Shown piece by piece: positions 13,850 through 27,700 of a DNA stretch of 64,000 nt. The notes under the pieces are model-generated. The model was not told where the DNA came from, did not search any database, and was given only the letters and a program-made list of their open reading frames with translations. The stretch comes from Raillietiella orientalis (Eukaryota). Both the position numbers and the translations under genes were made by a program. Positions within the stretch are counted from its first letter, which is position 1; each line of letters starts with the position of its first letter. The DNA lies in NCBI GenBank assembly GCA_036172245.1, contig JAYWIR010000025.1, positions 1,550,001 through 1,614,000 of the forward strand. The letters run 5' to 3'.

Positions 13850-14290
13850 TTCTTCGTCAGCTCCATGCTTCCTCTGAAGTGGCGGCACTCTTCTTTGCAG
13901 CTGCTGCATTGATCCATCCCGTGTAACGTCCGCCACTACCATTGGAACAGGAGGAGTGCGGTCGCGGAGTGTTACAGGTGTGGAGAATGAAAGGAAAACT
14001 AGACGCACCTGCTTTCGGAGTGTGCTGCCCTCCAGTCCCTGAACTTCCGGAAGACCACCCGAGGGCCTCATTAGGATGACTCTTTGCGAGTGGCGGGCAA
14101 TAGCCTGTCGCGACAACGATCGCATCACCTTCGTGGTGCGTCCGCGGAATCGTGGCCGCCGAAAGCCTCTTGACCACGGAAGCTGGAATAACCGAGAAGC
14201 CATTTCCTCCGTCTTCTTCGTTCATGAGGATCGCGGTGAGATCGCGGCTACATTTGAGGCACAACCAGGGGGAAGTTGCTGGCACCCTTG
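13850..14290 (-). mobile_element. Possible LINE APE-endonuclease relic
   Basis: Translation ...EDGGNG...IVVATGYCPP resembles the GGGV and YxPP motifs of APE endonucleases. Confidence 0.3.
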
Positions 14291-16819
14291 AGAGGATTCA
14301 GAGACCATCAGGAAACGATCTATGATCCCTTCCCTCCAAACACTTTAGAACTTTTTTTGTTTAATATGTATTGATATCTCGTTTGCGTTCCTCCTAATTT
14401 CTCTGCGTTGATCGCTTCCGGCGACTGCACCGAGCAGAAGATCCCCCGGAACATCCGGAAGTGGCGGCATTGTGCAGCCACTACAGAAAGTGTGAACGAT
14501 TTATGGACAAAATTTACATTTTTTTACAATAAACTCTCCGGCGTGATCAGGTGAAAATGCAGCAGACCTGCCACATCCAGAGACCATTACTGGAGATCTC
14601 TTCACTCAAGACGAGATTCAACGTGCCACCGTGGTGGCCACTGTGCCCATGACATCGTTTAGGTTCGCTGCTCGACACATGCTCCAGCAATCCCGATTAA
14701 TCCATCCACATCACTGCCTTCGCCCTGAAGAGGGATGCCACATGTCCCTATGGATAGCAATGCTGCCACCAGGATCCGAAGCCACCTACAACAGACTTGG
14801 TAAAGTAGACCAGTCTCCTTCCTCCTTCAACCTATTTGCCTTTCGTTTATTTACTTATTTTTATGATCTCCTTTCCTGTTTCTTTGCAGTCTCCGTCGCA
14901 GCCGACCTGCGAGCTGGCAAGTTCTCCCACCGAGAAATCCAAGACTCTGGTAGGAGCTGACCTTCAACTTGCGTACGTTTACCGATCTCGATAAACGTTC
15001 GAAGTTATTGGGTAGAGGACAAAGGACCAAAGGTGAAAAAATCTTGTGGAACATTTCTTGCGGAAGTGCTTCCCAACAGACTGTATCTAAGGGACAGTCT
15101 GTCCGCAAAAAATGAGCGCGATACCTTCATAACCAAAAAACTAAATTGGAGTCGGTACTCTGCCTTCAGGATACTGAGCACAAGAATTTTTCCATGATGA
15201 AGTGGTTCCTTGAGCACTTCGGCATTCTGCCTTGTTGTGCTTCCGAGCTCTGCTACAGGACAAACTTCATTTTCCAGAGATTATATGGGGAATTAAGGTG
15301 TGCGCGGTGGTGAAAGATCTGAGCAAAATTAACATTACAAGATACGGGAGTCTGCGGTACGAGTCTAGAGTGCATCTTTTCCTCTAAGACCCTTCAATCA
15401 GTATGACGCAGATTCACCGTTATGAAGCAAATCTTCCAGCATCTGAGTAGCGGAACTCTTAACAGCTAAGCAGTCAGATGTGCGTGAGATGACAACCATT
15501 TCATCGTCTCACAATGTTTTTGTTCCATCTCGAAGCAAAGCTACGCCACTTCGAGCACTCCCTCGAACACTGTGTGATGATGATGCCACACAGACAGGAC
15601 TCTGTAGTGCTCCCAAACACCTTTTATCCAGCTCTGGAAGTCTCCATTCACTACTTGTTCATCTCAACCTCGGGAGGTCAACTGGTTGAGACCATGTAAT
15701 GCCCAGGTACGCACACGTGATTTTCCCCTACAAACTCGCCCGGAGGCGTGAAAACCAATCGGCGCTCCTACAAGTGGATGGGCTGGCACTTCTTTTAGTG
15801 ATCCAGTTCGTCGCCTCACCCCCCGGACTGTGGCTGTTGTACAACTGCTGATTTCAGCGAATGATCCAAATTAAATTTTAGATAAAAAAAAAAAATGGAA
15901 ACAGCTAAGCTAAATTAAGAAGGCTGCAGGAGTATTATAATTAGGTGTCTCTAATTGTCATGAACACCACCCTGTCAAGGACATGACAAGGTAGCCTGTC
16001 TTGTAACTCGAAAAAAAATAATCTCATGAGGAACAAATAAAAAACGTGAAGATTTTTCAACACAATTGACCATGCCTCGCTTCTGGGTAATACATCAGAG
16101 CAGATGAGGCAATGAAAATGAGAATAAGATTGGAATAAAAAAAAGGAGCATAGGGAAGCGGATGAGAAGGGGAAACTTGTAACTCGTTCCTTGGATGGGA
16201 ATCGAAAGTTTCAAAGACATTTCGAGCATGGAAGACATGCTGCAAGCGTGGTTTGCTTCTTACGTGGGAGGCAGTGGTGCAGGCTCTTGCAAATATATAG
16301 GGAAGTAAACGGATCCTTGCTGTGCTGCCTAACTGAGAGGGAAATAAAGTAGTCGAAATAGCTCATTGTATTTACTCAAGGGAAAATTTTTTATGTTTAT
16401 GCTAACCAGAAATGCAATAACGATTAACGACAATACCACAGAGATTTTTTCGGTATCAGAATGTACTCCATTGCTATGAGACGAGGTTATAAACGTCTCA
16501 AGGCATGTCAGGTTTCCAGGAAAACAACGATGCACAGAAAAAAGTAGAAAGACAGCTCTCTGTCTATGCTCTAAATCTTCTAACAGTATAAAGAGCTTCC
16601 TGGAATGAATTGTACAGATTCATGACTTCTTCATTTTCGTTTTTCTATTTTTTTTATTTCTAATTACTGATTGTAGCAGCATGAAAAAAGCATTGAAACC
16701 AGAAAAAGCACTAATGTGGAATTAAGATGCTCCTTTCGTAGCCAGCTGAGAATATCACAGACCATGACAGAGCTGATTCTCAGCCACTTTACCAAAGTCA
16801 CTCATTTCCTTATAAGGTA

Positions 16820-16901
16820 CGGTGGTACCTCGGTACTCGTCGGTAAGTTGGTCCGGAAATCGTGACGAGTACCGAAACCGACGAGTACCGAGGTACCACT
16901 G
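16820..16901. mobile_element. 82-bp pogo/Tigger-type MITE with TA target-site duplication
   Basis: TA|cggtggtacctcggtactcgtcggt ... accgacgagtaccgaggtaccactg|TA: 25-bp TIRs with one mismatch and TA on both sides. Confidence 0.9.
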
Positions 16902-17279
16902 TACTACGTTTCCTCGATGGTGTGTTTTTTATCTTTTCCTTCTGTTGACGGATTGCATCCTTCATGTTGATGGAAAATTTCATAGAGTAAATTCGATGCC
17001 TCACTTCTCTCAAACCGATCTCATTTCATGGACTGATTTCATAGCTGACCGGTCTCATCTTGCTTTGTAATTCTCGATCAAATGTTTTCCTCATTTTTCA
17101 CAACAAAAAGTACCACTTCTTGCCCAAGTACAACTTTTTTAGTCCTCAGAGTATATGAATTCTTAGTCCTATAATGTTTCCATTAATTATCGTTCTTGGA
17201 AGTTTTTGTTAGAAACTTTCAGTGCCTAAGCTGAAGGTGCGTTCTGGACAGTTGCGGCTGTTCCTCAATTGCACAGCAG

Positions 17280-18260
17280 TTCTGCCCCAGCAGGCGATAC
17301 CAAGGGACAGACAGCAGATGAACAGTCACCATCTTTGGCATGAGGGCAGCACACAGAGAACACACTTGGCAATACCTGGTAAAAAAAAAAAAAAAAAGCA
17401 CCCAGATCAGGGAAGAGCCATGGCTCTTCTTCATCCTGACTTCATCTCTGCACTTCCGAAGTGTGTGGGTCTGCATCAGGTTTCCAGCTACTTTCTCACA
17501 GCCAAGGAATCGCTAAGGTTCCCAGACTACAGGTTCATTCGCGCGGCTCGACTGAATCTTCTTCCTGTCAGAGGAGTAGCCGGGAGGAAGGAAGTGGACC
17601 GCTCATGTCGGCGCTGCAAGGTGAGGGATGAGACGCTGCCGCACATCGTGAATCACTGCAAGAGGCATCTCGTCCGTTCACTGCGCAACATGATGCGATT
17701 CTGGCAAGTGTGGACCTGGGGAAGTGGACTCCGATTTTCATAAACGAAAAGGTGCCGTAGGTAGACTCTCCCCTAAGACCCTACTTGGTACTGCAGAATA
17801 GCAAGCGGATGGTGGTCCTGGACGTCTGCTGCCCGTTCGAGGATGGAGAGCCAGACGAAGCAAGCTTGAAAAGCACCGAGAAGTAGCCCTCCAGCTAACC
17901 AAGGACGGGAAGCATGTTATACTTGTTGCTTTATCGTCGGTCCATTAGGGATCTGGACCCTAAATAAAGAAAATGACGTGCTATACGATGTTGGAGTCCC
18001 TAGAGAATACTCGGAAAAGTGAGGCACCTTATGGTGGCCTCGTGTATCTGATACACTGGGGACACCTGCTGGACCCACGTCACAGGGAGAGGCTGAAGCT
18101 TCTTTGCAACCTGAAAAACACGAAAGACAGACGGAGAGAACGGGGTGCTGACAACGTACCGGAAGGGGAGCAGCGAGCTCCCCAGGCGGACGGAAAAGGA
18201 GATTCTGAAGGATAGGAGCAGACGCTCCCGTAACCCTATATCCCCAAACGAAATAAAAGT
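17280..18260 (+). mobile_element. 5'-truncated NeSL/Utopia-clade non-LTR retrotransposon (CCHC zinc knuckle + restriction-like endonuclease), pseudogenised
   Basis: HPDQG, LRFPDYRFIRAARLNLLPVRG, CRRCKVRDETLPHIVNHC, then after frameshifts QHDAIL, LRPYLV (RPD-like), LDVCCPFED, IVGPLG, VSDT and THVTG. AATAAA at 18252-18257. Confidence 0.85.
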
Positions 18261-18299
18261 ACTTCTCAACTGAACTTGGTGAGTCCATAACCCTGTCCC

Positions 18300-18950
18300 C
18301 GGGACGTTCAGACTTGATCATCATCAGTGTACCATGTGTAAATCTTCAACGGCAGCTGATCTGGAAACAGCCCATAGAACGACTGTCAGTTGACTGCGAA
18401 AGGAAAATTCAAGCAAGAAGTGAAAGAGCGGCCTACGTTTCAACTGGCTGACCATATGCACCCGCAGGCAGCGAGGCCTTGTTATCTCTATTGCCAGTGG
18501 TTGGAATCATTAGGAACGATGGTTATTCTCAAGTTCTATTCATTGATAAATCAGTTGCCGTAGTTCATCGTGCAGAAGAGTGGCAACGCACTTGTTAGAT
18601 CGACTGCTTAACAAAACTGCCATCCAATCTATCCTCGTGTTCCCTGGGATTCTGACGATCCCTACTGGCATCCTGTGCTTTCAGTACAGAGGAATCTGCT
18701 TCCGAGGGTTCTTGGATGGAAGTTCGCAGTCCATGGAGAATTTCTCTGAGCTCCATTAAGCTAAAGTACTACCTGATAGATCTCACGAATTTTTCCCCTT
18801 CTGGGGGAAAAACGCCGCATTCATTTCAGGAGTATCCAGGAAATCCTCCTTCTTTTTGAGGTGAAGTACACTCCTGAGAAGTGAACAAGTATTTGCGGAA
18901 GGCAAAGATGGCTTCATCAAAATCCAAGCTTTCCTTTGCGGCGTATCTCA
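18300..18950 (-). mobile_element. Possible BEL/Pao reverse-transcriptase relic
   Basis: Minus strand gives FTWYTDD (YVDD-like) preceded by weak RT-like segments; heavily decayed. Confidence 0.25.
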
Positions 18951-20739
18951 TCTAGTTTGTATTCTACACGACTGACCATGTCTTTATAGAATCTAACCAT
19001 TGATTTCTAAGAGTTTTTTTTCTTCCTGAAATATGAGGAATGTAGGAATTCGAAAGAAAACTTTCATTCAGTAACTGTCTGATATTTTTAATTGATGTGT
19101 ATTTGGAAAGTAATTACACTTGCTTTGCATGTGAGGCACACTTTGACTTGGCTGTAATGATCTAAGGAAGGAATCACAAGCGTATCTTTTTTTCCGTTTC
19201 CCATACTTAGCACTGAGGGTGAGATCATCATTTTAAGGAGAGATCTCCTGGAACATGACTGAGTTGGAAATAGCTGAAAATAAATGCAGGCTTACGGACC
19301 AAAATGGAAGAAGAGATGGGGCAAAAATCAGCTGCAAGTGAAAAAATGACCTGGTGACCTGTGGAAGACGTACACAAGTCTTCTTCGAGTCCTTAAAAAG
19401 GGTTCTCTATCAAGCATGATGATGTGTTCTTGGTTACGATTAAATGAGAACTGGAAGTCCGGCAAACACCTCGGGAATGTACTCAAAGCTCACGAAAGGA
19501 GAACCGACTTTACATCAGCTTTTTCTCTCTAGATGGAACCACGAACACGAGAAGTTTTTCTTTCCTAGTTTCTCCTTTCGTGCAAGATTAAGGATGACGC
19601 AGTTTCATGAGCTGGGAAAAAAGCAACACGTAACGGTGCGTATGGAGTTCTCGCAAACACGAATGACTTTGCAGACACTCAACAATCACTCAACAGTGTG
19701 GTTTTGGCCGCCAATGTGTTTCGTGGTCACGTCTGCATCAGATTGGGAAAAGGGGAGCAGCATACTCATCACCGGGCACTCAAAAGTGGAAGCTCAAATC
19801 TAAGCTTCGAAAATTCTCACCGTTTACATAATGTCGGACGCGAGCAGCTTCAAATTTGAAGTTTTCGTAAATGACTTTTAGAAGAGAATGAGCTCCAATC
19901 CACAGCAAGGTGCAGCGGGTATTTCACGTGTCATGGGTGTTTTTGAAACATGAACTGCCTTAGCTCGACCGTTGGCATCCGTTGTTCCAAACTAGGGAAG
20001 TACCTACTGATTCGACCTAGCTTTCAGAGAACCCCTCGTTTCTCTCCTCGCCTCCTTGCCGAAGCTGCTTACTCCAAAGTCTTCTTTGGTGTGAGGATGG
20101 TCAGCCATAATCACGTGATCAATTTGCTCCTTGTTTCATTTTTCCAAACTGCAGCTTGTACGTTTAGACGAACTGCTTATAGGTAAGCACCGTGGGACAC
20201 CCAGGCAGACTCCTCTAGCAGCACACAAAAGTGCAAATTCGTTGCCATCAGTCAGTGGTGGGGCTCTTGACCTCTCGAAAGTCAGCATTAAAACTTGCGG
20301 TTATCCAATGAAGCGCAATCACCTCTCGGTGAACCTTCTGGTTAAAATGCATTTGTAGGAATAGGTTTTCATGCTGCTCTAGGAACGAACTCGCACTGGT
20401 GGACTGCATGTTGGGAAGAATATTCTAGAAATAAAACCGATTCACGTGATCTTTGCATACTAAAGGTTTTGGACATTCACTAGATACCGTGTAGGTGTTT
20501 GAATTTCCTGTATGCCCCATCGTTAATCACAGCGCACTTAGTGAACGCCATGAAAAATACCAGAAAACCCACATGTCTGACACGAAATCATGTGCATTAT
20601 TCATCGTGAGGTGTCACATGTGAATTGCTAACCATTCCGTGGTGTTCGCTCTTCTTAGAAACCGAAATGATCACTCATTGCAGCCAGACCGAGAAAAGGA
20701 TTGAGATCTGTTTTGAAATAAATGAAAAACAGCTGAAAC

Positions 20740-23300
20740 CATGAATTTTAGTTTCCATGACTATGAGAAGCTGCGGAAGAGTAATACTCCGATGCGGAAG
20801 TGTGAACGCAAGTTGCACTCCGGACCTCGTGAGGGCCAGAACAGAATAATACAATTCGACAAGGATCCTCCTCTTGCTGCAGTGATGAAGAAACGAAACA
20901 GCTTTTCTGCTCACATCCCGATGCTAAAGTGGAATGCAGATTTGTTCGGCAGATCAATCATCTTGATCTTGGTGAGCTGTTACATACGACTAATCGCAGA
21001 TCATGTCTGCAATATCCATTACTTATCCTCATTTACAGTCTGTACATTCTGCTTTGATTCGCTAACCAATGAATTCATAGGAATGCTCATATAAAGATAA
21101 ATCAGATGATCTCACCAAACATTCCATTTTTTTTTTTTTTTTTCAATCTCGGGATTGCACTACCATATTCGATCACTAGCCTACCACGTATCGAAACACA
21201 TATGTGTATGTACGTATACGGATAGTAGTCGGTTGTGAGGGCATGACGTATGAGACCCTTGCGTTGCTAGGCCCATACATTCGTGGTTCTTTCTTCACAA
21301 TGAGAAAAACTACTGCGGCTGCATTCTACTTTTATTTTCTCAACGCAGACAGCAAAACCATTTCAAGCTGTCTTTCGAAGATCACTCTTCCGTGTGTGTG
21401 TTCTTAGATCCGCTAGTACAAGTATTTATGGGGCATTTCGAATCCCGGACATTGAGAAAGTCTCGGAAACGCAATTATTTCGGGATTCGTCCAAGAACAA
21501 GGAATAAAACACCAAGTAACAAGAAGCTGCAGTGTTCCGTAATTTCTCACGAGTCGTTGGAAGCAAAGCAACCCAATGAATTGACGGCCATTCTGTTGTT
21601 TTGCATGGTGACCAGCCATAAGACTGGGAAGCAAACAATTCCGAGACGCCCATCCTGTGAAAGAAAACCATAGCATGGCTCCTTTATGGCTGTTTTTGAA
21701 AATTAAATCATCAGTTGAAGAAAGCCCAGAGGAAGGAGTTAATAGAAAGCTTTTAATGAATGAACTGGCCTTCGTTCGGTATCCACGCCATGGCTAGCAG
21801 GGCTCAATCGGAAAACAACTGGGAATTCGCTTGCCAGAAGTTCCGTCCTGACGTTGGATGCCGTGCAAGATTCAATCCTTGGTCGAAGTGTCCAATTTCC
21901 ACTCCATGAAAAACTGAATGGCGAAACTTCTTTTAACTCGAGAGAGTTTTTGAATCGAGCCAGACTGGAGAACAGGCGGCAAACATCCTTCGCTTCCTTT
22001 GTTTCCTCCCAGAACGAAGCAAACAGGACTGGAAAGTTCGCAACTTGGCAACTCCGTTGACGTTTTTCCTCGTCTGCTGTTGGCGGGTCCGCAGGTGCGT
22101 CAAATCCGCCGTCTGAAGAATCTGAAGCCTGACTCTGGGGAAACGCATTCCAGGAGCATCTTGACTTAAGATGCCCGTGGCTCATCAGGGAGGGGACGAA
22201 CCCGAGTTAAGCAGCCCCATCGCAGTTTCCGAATTCTTTCCGAAGCACGAGCGTCCGTATTCTTCGAGCTTTTCCCAGGATCGGCCTTTCCTGATCTTTC
22301 CTGTGCATCTTTTCCTGGGGGAAGCGTGGCCCTTCCGAGAATCAGTCAGAAGCGCTGAGGATTTGAAGCCAGAGTTTCCAACTGGAGGGCGACATAGTAC
22401 GTACTGTTCGTTGGTTTCCGGGAGCGTAAGGTTTCGCTGCTGACAAACCTGGGAGAGCGTGTGATCAGACGACAAGCGGGTCAGGACTTTGGTTTTGGGG
22501 GGAAGCTGCTCTGAAAGACTCCAAAAGGAATTTCGTTCTGCTTTCGTTCTTCTCTTGTCTGCCTCTTGCCCCACGGCGCTCTTGCGGAAGAACCCTGCGC
22601 CCCCCAGTCCTCCTAGCAGAGCTTCTCCCACGCCCATTTCGCTTCCGTTGCTCCTGAGCGCACCCGACCCGACTGCTGGAAAGTGAAGTGGGAAAGGGCA
22701 CGCTGACCATCTTCTGCCTTGTGAGTCACCTTGTGCGTTGCTTGCAGATCGAGCAGATGCATATGAAAACATAGCGAACAGCCCGAATTGAGTGAATACA
22801 GCTGGCCGGGATGGAGGGAATGGCATGCCGATCGCGAGGAGTACTCTAAGAGTACCTTCCTCTTTCCTTCATGGGAGGAAGACCCTACGGTAAACAGAAA
22901 TCAACGGTTGCATTCGAAGCACACAGATGATGGTCGGTGGAATGACAGTGAAATCGGCAGATCTGCTGACATGAGAGAATGCCAAAGAAGATCATGGAAG
23001 GGAACCACGGGGACAGACTCAGATGAAGCGAATGAAACTGCCTCACAAATCCTGGAGTCGGACCTCAGCAGCTTCATCAGAGATGTGCTCCTTCAAAAGA
23101 AAATGCAGGAGCAGCTATCAGCTTTTCCAAACGTGCGAAAGGTCTGAGAATGACGCGAAAGCAGATCCCGAAAATGATTCTTGAAAATACTGGATAGAAC
23201 TGCGAAACCCGAAATTTCCATAAATGGAATCCGTCTTGATGTACATAAATCTTCCCTCGATGCACCAAATGTATACGAAACAAACAAACTTCTAGAATTT
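20740..23300 (+). mobile_element. Cluster of decayed retrotransposon fragments (BEL/Pao integrase-like pieces at ~20740-21050 and ~22790-23250)
   Basis: Weak similarity to the integrase zinc-binding region (H...H, RxxW, GxD); no intact ORF. Confidence 0.25.
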
Positions 23301-23399
23301 TGAAGGTTCACTCTCTGAATTGCTAAGACACTAAGTACATTCTTTGTTTCTATGAGAAAGGCGCTGAAACCAAAGCGAAATAGTTGAAGGCTGCATGGC

Positions 23400-24720
23400 T
23401 GCGCGCACCGCGCGTGGTGTGCCAAGCGTTGCGGGTGTGAAGGATCGACCCCGAAAAATGGAGAAGCGCGTCGTGGGTTTCCAGTCGCCTCACAGGATGA
23501 AGCTAATTGGCCTGAAGGCTTCGGGTGCGGCACTCGTTGGCACCCGGTGATGCCGGGGCGTTTATTTATAAAAAATAAGCGGCAGGAGGTTTGATCCTGC
23601 CACGTTACTTATGGATGCGAAGAGGAACCTGCCGGGATCTGGCACGCACGCCAGCGGGGATGGCCTCGGTAGCACAGGAGAAGGGGACACAAACTAAAAA
23701 AAAATGAAAAAAATAAAGTCGAAAGAATCGGGAGGGGGTTTGGGAAGAGATCCCTGTGTGCTGGAGGGTGTCCTCTGCATCCTTTGCAGGATGCCGGCAA
23801 GTTCCTGTTTTATGATTCCCAGATGGGTCCATCTTGACTCTGTTCTCATGAAGAGGACAGCAAAATAGATGCCGTTCCTCCCCCTCCCTCTCCTCTGGCG
23901 TTGCTCCACGCAGCCATGGTCCCGCCGCGTGGACAGCAGAGTGCTGCTGGGGATGAGGCCGGAGTGAGGGCGCCGCGCAGGAAGAAGCGCTTCGAAACGT
24001 CTCTGGGGCTGCCATCGGGGATCCACAGAGTCGCGGCAAAGCGTCCCCATAGAGGCCGGAGGGTAATACAGTCAACCAGGGGTATGGCACTGGTGGAAGC
24101 CGGAAACCGGATGCTCGCGTTGACCGGCCGGGATTGGCAACTGACCCTCCAGGTGTCCTTCTAGGAATCAAGGAGTGAATTCCCTTCGGGGTTCCCCTCT
24201 AGTTGTGAAAATGGAGCCTCCTCTCTCCCTCGGTGATGGACCTTCCATCGCGCACCATCGAGCTGGTTGATTGACACTTCTCCAGAGAGCGAAGAAGCTT
24301 ACCAGCTCCCTTCGGGTAGCAACCCTTCATAGAAAATTTGGGAGCGTCCCTTCGGGGTTCTCTCCAGGGGAGGAAACAAGGAACGGATCCTCTCAGGGGG
24401 ATCTCTCCGAAGAAGAAATGAGGAGCGCCGCCTTCCTCTGAGGGATTCCTCCGGAGAGAACGAAAAAGAGGTTGTCTTCGTGGTTTCCTTAGGTGACAAC
24501 CAAAGCAGAGGTTCCCTTTGAGATTTTCCCACCAGGAATAAGAGAAACGGACTCCTTCCCTCCGGAACCCTCCAGGATTCATAGGGCGGTGCCCTGACGG
24601 AATACCGCCTTTAGCTTGAAGAGCTACAAGCACCTTTGAGTGGCGTGGGCCGTGCCAAAGAGCCCCCCTAAGGTGGGCAAGCGGTTCTTGAGTACTTGGA
24701 GAACCAAAGTGGGAGACCGT
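23400..24720 (-). mobile_element. Tx1/L1-like 3' fragment followed by a second same-family fragment (inverted partner of 30060-31420)
   Basis: Reverse complement aligns with 30060-31420 along its length; 23477-24042 is near-identical to 30805-31370. Confidence 0.75.
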
Positions 24721-27700
24721 GTTGAGCTGAAGATTTATAAATGCAGCCACTTTTGTTTTCCAGTTTGTTTGGAACAGATGATGCGTTCTTCCAAACCTAA
24801 CAGACGTTGCCAGGAAGCGAGAGAGGTAGCAGCATTTTGCCGGGACCGGATGCCGCCGAAGCTCCTCGTCCCAAACGTGGGTTCTGGAACGCCTTCCCCA
24901 GTGCAGCAGCCACGGTGCGGAAGAGGCGGTTCGGTTGAATCGCGTGGCTCGGGAGGTGACATGTGGCCGGAGGTGTCTCGGCGGCAGCTGAGTACCATGG
25001 CGTCCGTGGGCTGGAAAAAGCGACGTTTCCGGGAATTCCTGGAAGCCATACAAAAAGGCACGCAATTGTGGCACCAAGAAATATGAGGATGCAGCGAGTG
25101 GGAACCTGGGAGATGAGGAATTTTTTTTTTTCCAGCGTTATCACGGAACATAAATAAAGCAAAGGAAAAGATTGTGACTCTCTGCACTTCCGAAAGTTCA
25201 GCGCAACCAAATTTAGTGGTCGTCTCTGACCATGTCAATAGGTGCTGCAGTTGCAAGAGCTGCTTATTGGAATTCCTTGACTTGGGTGAGTTCGGACGCA
25301 TTCGCTTGGTGAAGCAGACAATCTTTCAGTGATACATATCTTAATATAATAAATAACATGTGAGTCAACCATGCTGACAAACACTGGCAAACCTTCCTGA
25401 CATTGCGAATTATCTTTTGAGTCCATAAAGAAGATCCACCATTTTTTTTTCGTGCCAACTTCCTGTTTGATAGGCTGAAGGCCGCCGCACGATGCAGATT
25501 TCTGCATCGATACGCAACCTTTGTGCATTGGTCATTTCTAACTTGAGATCTCACTCGGATGGAACTGGTCCCTAACTTTATCTTAAACTGGTCACAACAA
25601 CTAGACATTTAAATCCAGATATTTCCTCCTCAGCATTCAACTGCAAAGGGAAAATCCTCTTGGAGAAAATGGAGAACAAAACCGCAATTGGGAAAAGCGA
25701 GTTTGAAACCTGATTTTCCAAGTCTGCTCCTGAAAATCCCAGCTTGGGAGTCCCTTGAACTGCAGTTCTCTGTGGGATAAAGTCGGCCGTCCAGTACCCG
25801 GGCTTGAATACAAAAGCAGGAAACGAGCTTTACCAAAGGTAAGTCAGATTTCTATGGGAAGACAATCCCTCACACTCTGATACCGATGGACCGGATTTGG
25901 AATGCATCTTATGGAGAAAGATATGAGCGTCAACCTGCTGGCTCCCCACGTGCGTCTGGTCCCTGAATCATGTAATGAAAGAACAAATAACGGTCATCAA
26001 AATCGACTCTGCGGTCTGTATGTTTGTTGGTAAGTGTCATAGAAAATCAAATACTGATTTAATCTTGAACAAGAAGGCAAGCTGAGCACTTCTACAGAAG
26101 ATACAGAAGTCCTTGGATGCGAGGACAGAACTCGAAGACTAGGTGAGGATCAGAGCGGTTGCTACCCAGTGAGACGGGCTGAGAAGGAATCTGCAAAGTC
26201 CTGCTTCATCAAGGTTTCGCCTTCCATGGTGATTTTAAGTGCATGCTTTTAAGAGCACATTCTTTCAGCTTCCGAAATTGTTTGTGGTCACAGGTGAGTC
26301 ATCCAGAACTGACGCCGAAAAGCACTGAGTCACCATAGCCTATCAGGATCATCAGCCGTCATTCATTCTTGTGCCAGTCAAAGAGGAACTAAGGAGTCCA
26401 GTGGCTGTCGTCATTTCTGCACTTTTCATGTGACTTCCTGATTTTAAATCACTCAACGCTTTCACCCGTGGTTGCTGCAGTGGTCGTTGTTGTTGCTGTT
26501 TCAGGAGGCCTCACCAACTGCCAGCAGGCTGCTCGTAAAAGTTTTCATTTAGGAAGATGAGAGAGCTAGGCAGCGCGAAACTACATCCATTAACTACCAA
26601 CTAACCTACGCCTAGCGCATAACTTATTGCGGCCATTTTCTTTATGGACACTTGGAACGAAAATTTATCGCAAAGAATTTGTGAGCAAAGCTGCGTGGCT
26701 TTGTACGCATTCTTCTGATTCCTCCATAATGGCTCTCAAAGATGGCGAGCAAGAATGGAACCATTCTTCACGCAACGGAGAAATCGGTCCCTATCACGGA
26801 CACGGTGCTTGTGGTGCGTACTCCTCCATCTTCTCCCAGCTCCACGTGCTCCATTTAAAGAATTCTTTCATCCGGCTGGACAAACGATGAGGTGAACACC
26901 GCCTGCTAAATATGCTGAAGAGGGGGAAACAAGAACTTCTGTTTAGTAAGAAATGAGGTGGTTACATAGCACAGATATCAATAGTAATGGATGGCCTTTA
27001 GTCAGGTCGGAAATGAAGTTCGTGAAAACGGTCACGAGTTCTGGATGCCCCTTGGCATTTCCACACCGCCTACAAAACCTTTCGTACAGAAACACAGCAA
27101 ATAATATTACACTGAGTCTAAAATATTCGTGTCATGGTTCGCCTGCAAAACACTTCTGCGGGAATTCTGGAGGTTCCTTGGAGTTTCGAGTCAAATCGCC
27201 TGCGTCCCGCATTCACAAAGATTTTCACACGATTCGGTGATTGCGGCGAGAGCTGAAAGCTAATCGTCTCCTGTGGAAAGTACATCCGAAGCCTTCCTTG
27301 TTCGTAACACTTAGAAGTCTTGACAAGACCACTCAAAGGACATCTCCATCTGGTATCGAACAATGAAGGGAAGCTGCTGTTTTACTCACCATCACCAAGG
27401 TGTCAGATAGGCGAATTAGATGTTCAGATCTTCGCAATGCATACCCTTGCAGTGAAGAAAATACCCTCCACCACGGTAGCTGTCTTTCTGCTTGTGGGAA
27501 AAAAAAAAAGAAATTGCCTTCAACCTGAGAAGACTCCATTATCTCTCCCGTGCACTAACTCGCAACGCGCTAATCGCTGTCTGCATTGCATGTCGTGGAA
27601 ACGTGATGATGCCCGGTAGATATTGTTTTCACTGCTGTGCAGCAGCAATCGACACCGCAAATGCTTAGGAAACCATCACCCCGGCATGCGTGGGTCCAGC

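Noticed and set aside
12600..16700. Possible hAT transposase and Gypsy RT remnants
   Set aside because: Only isolated weak words (e.g. DEMVVIS, SAEYFS); not enough to assign a family or boundaries.
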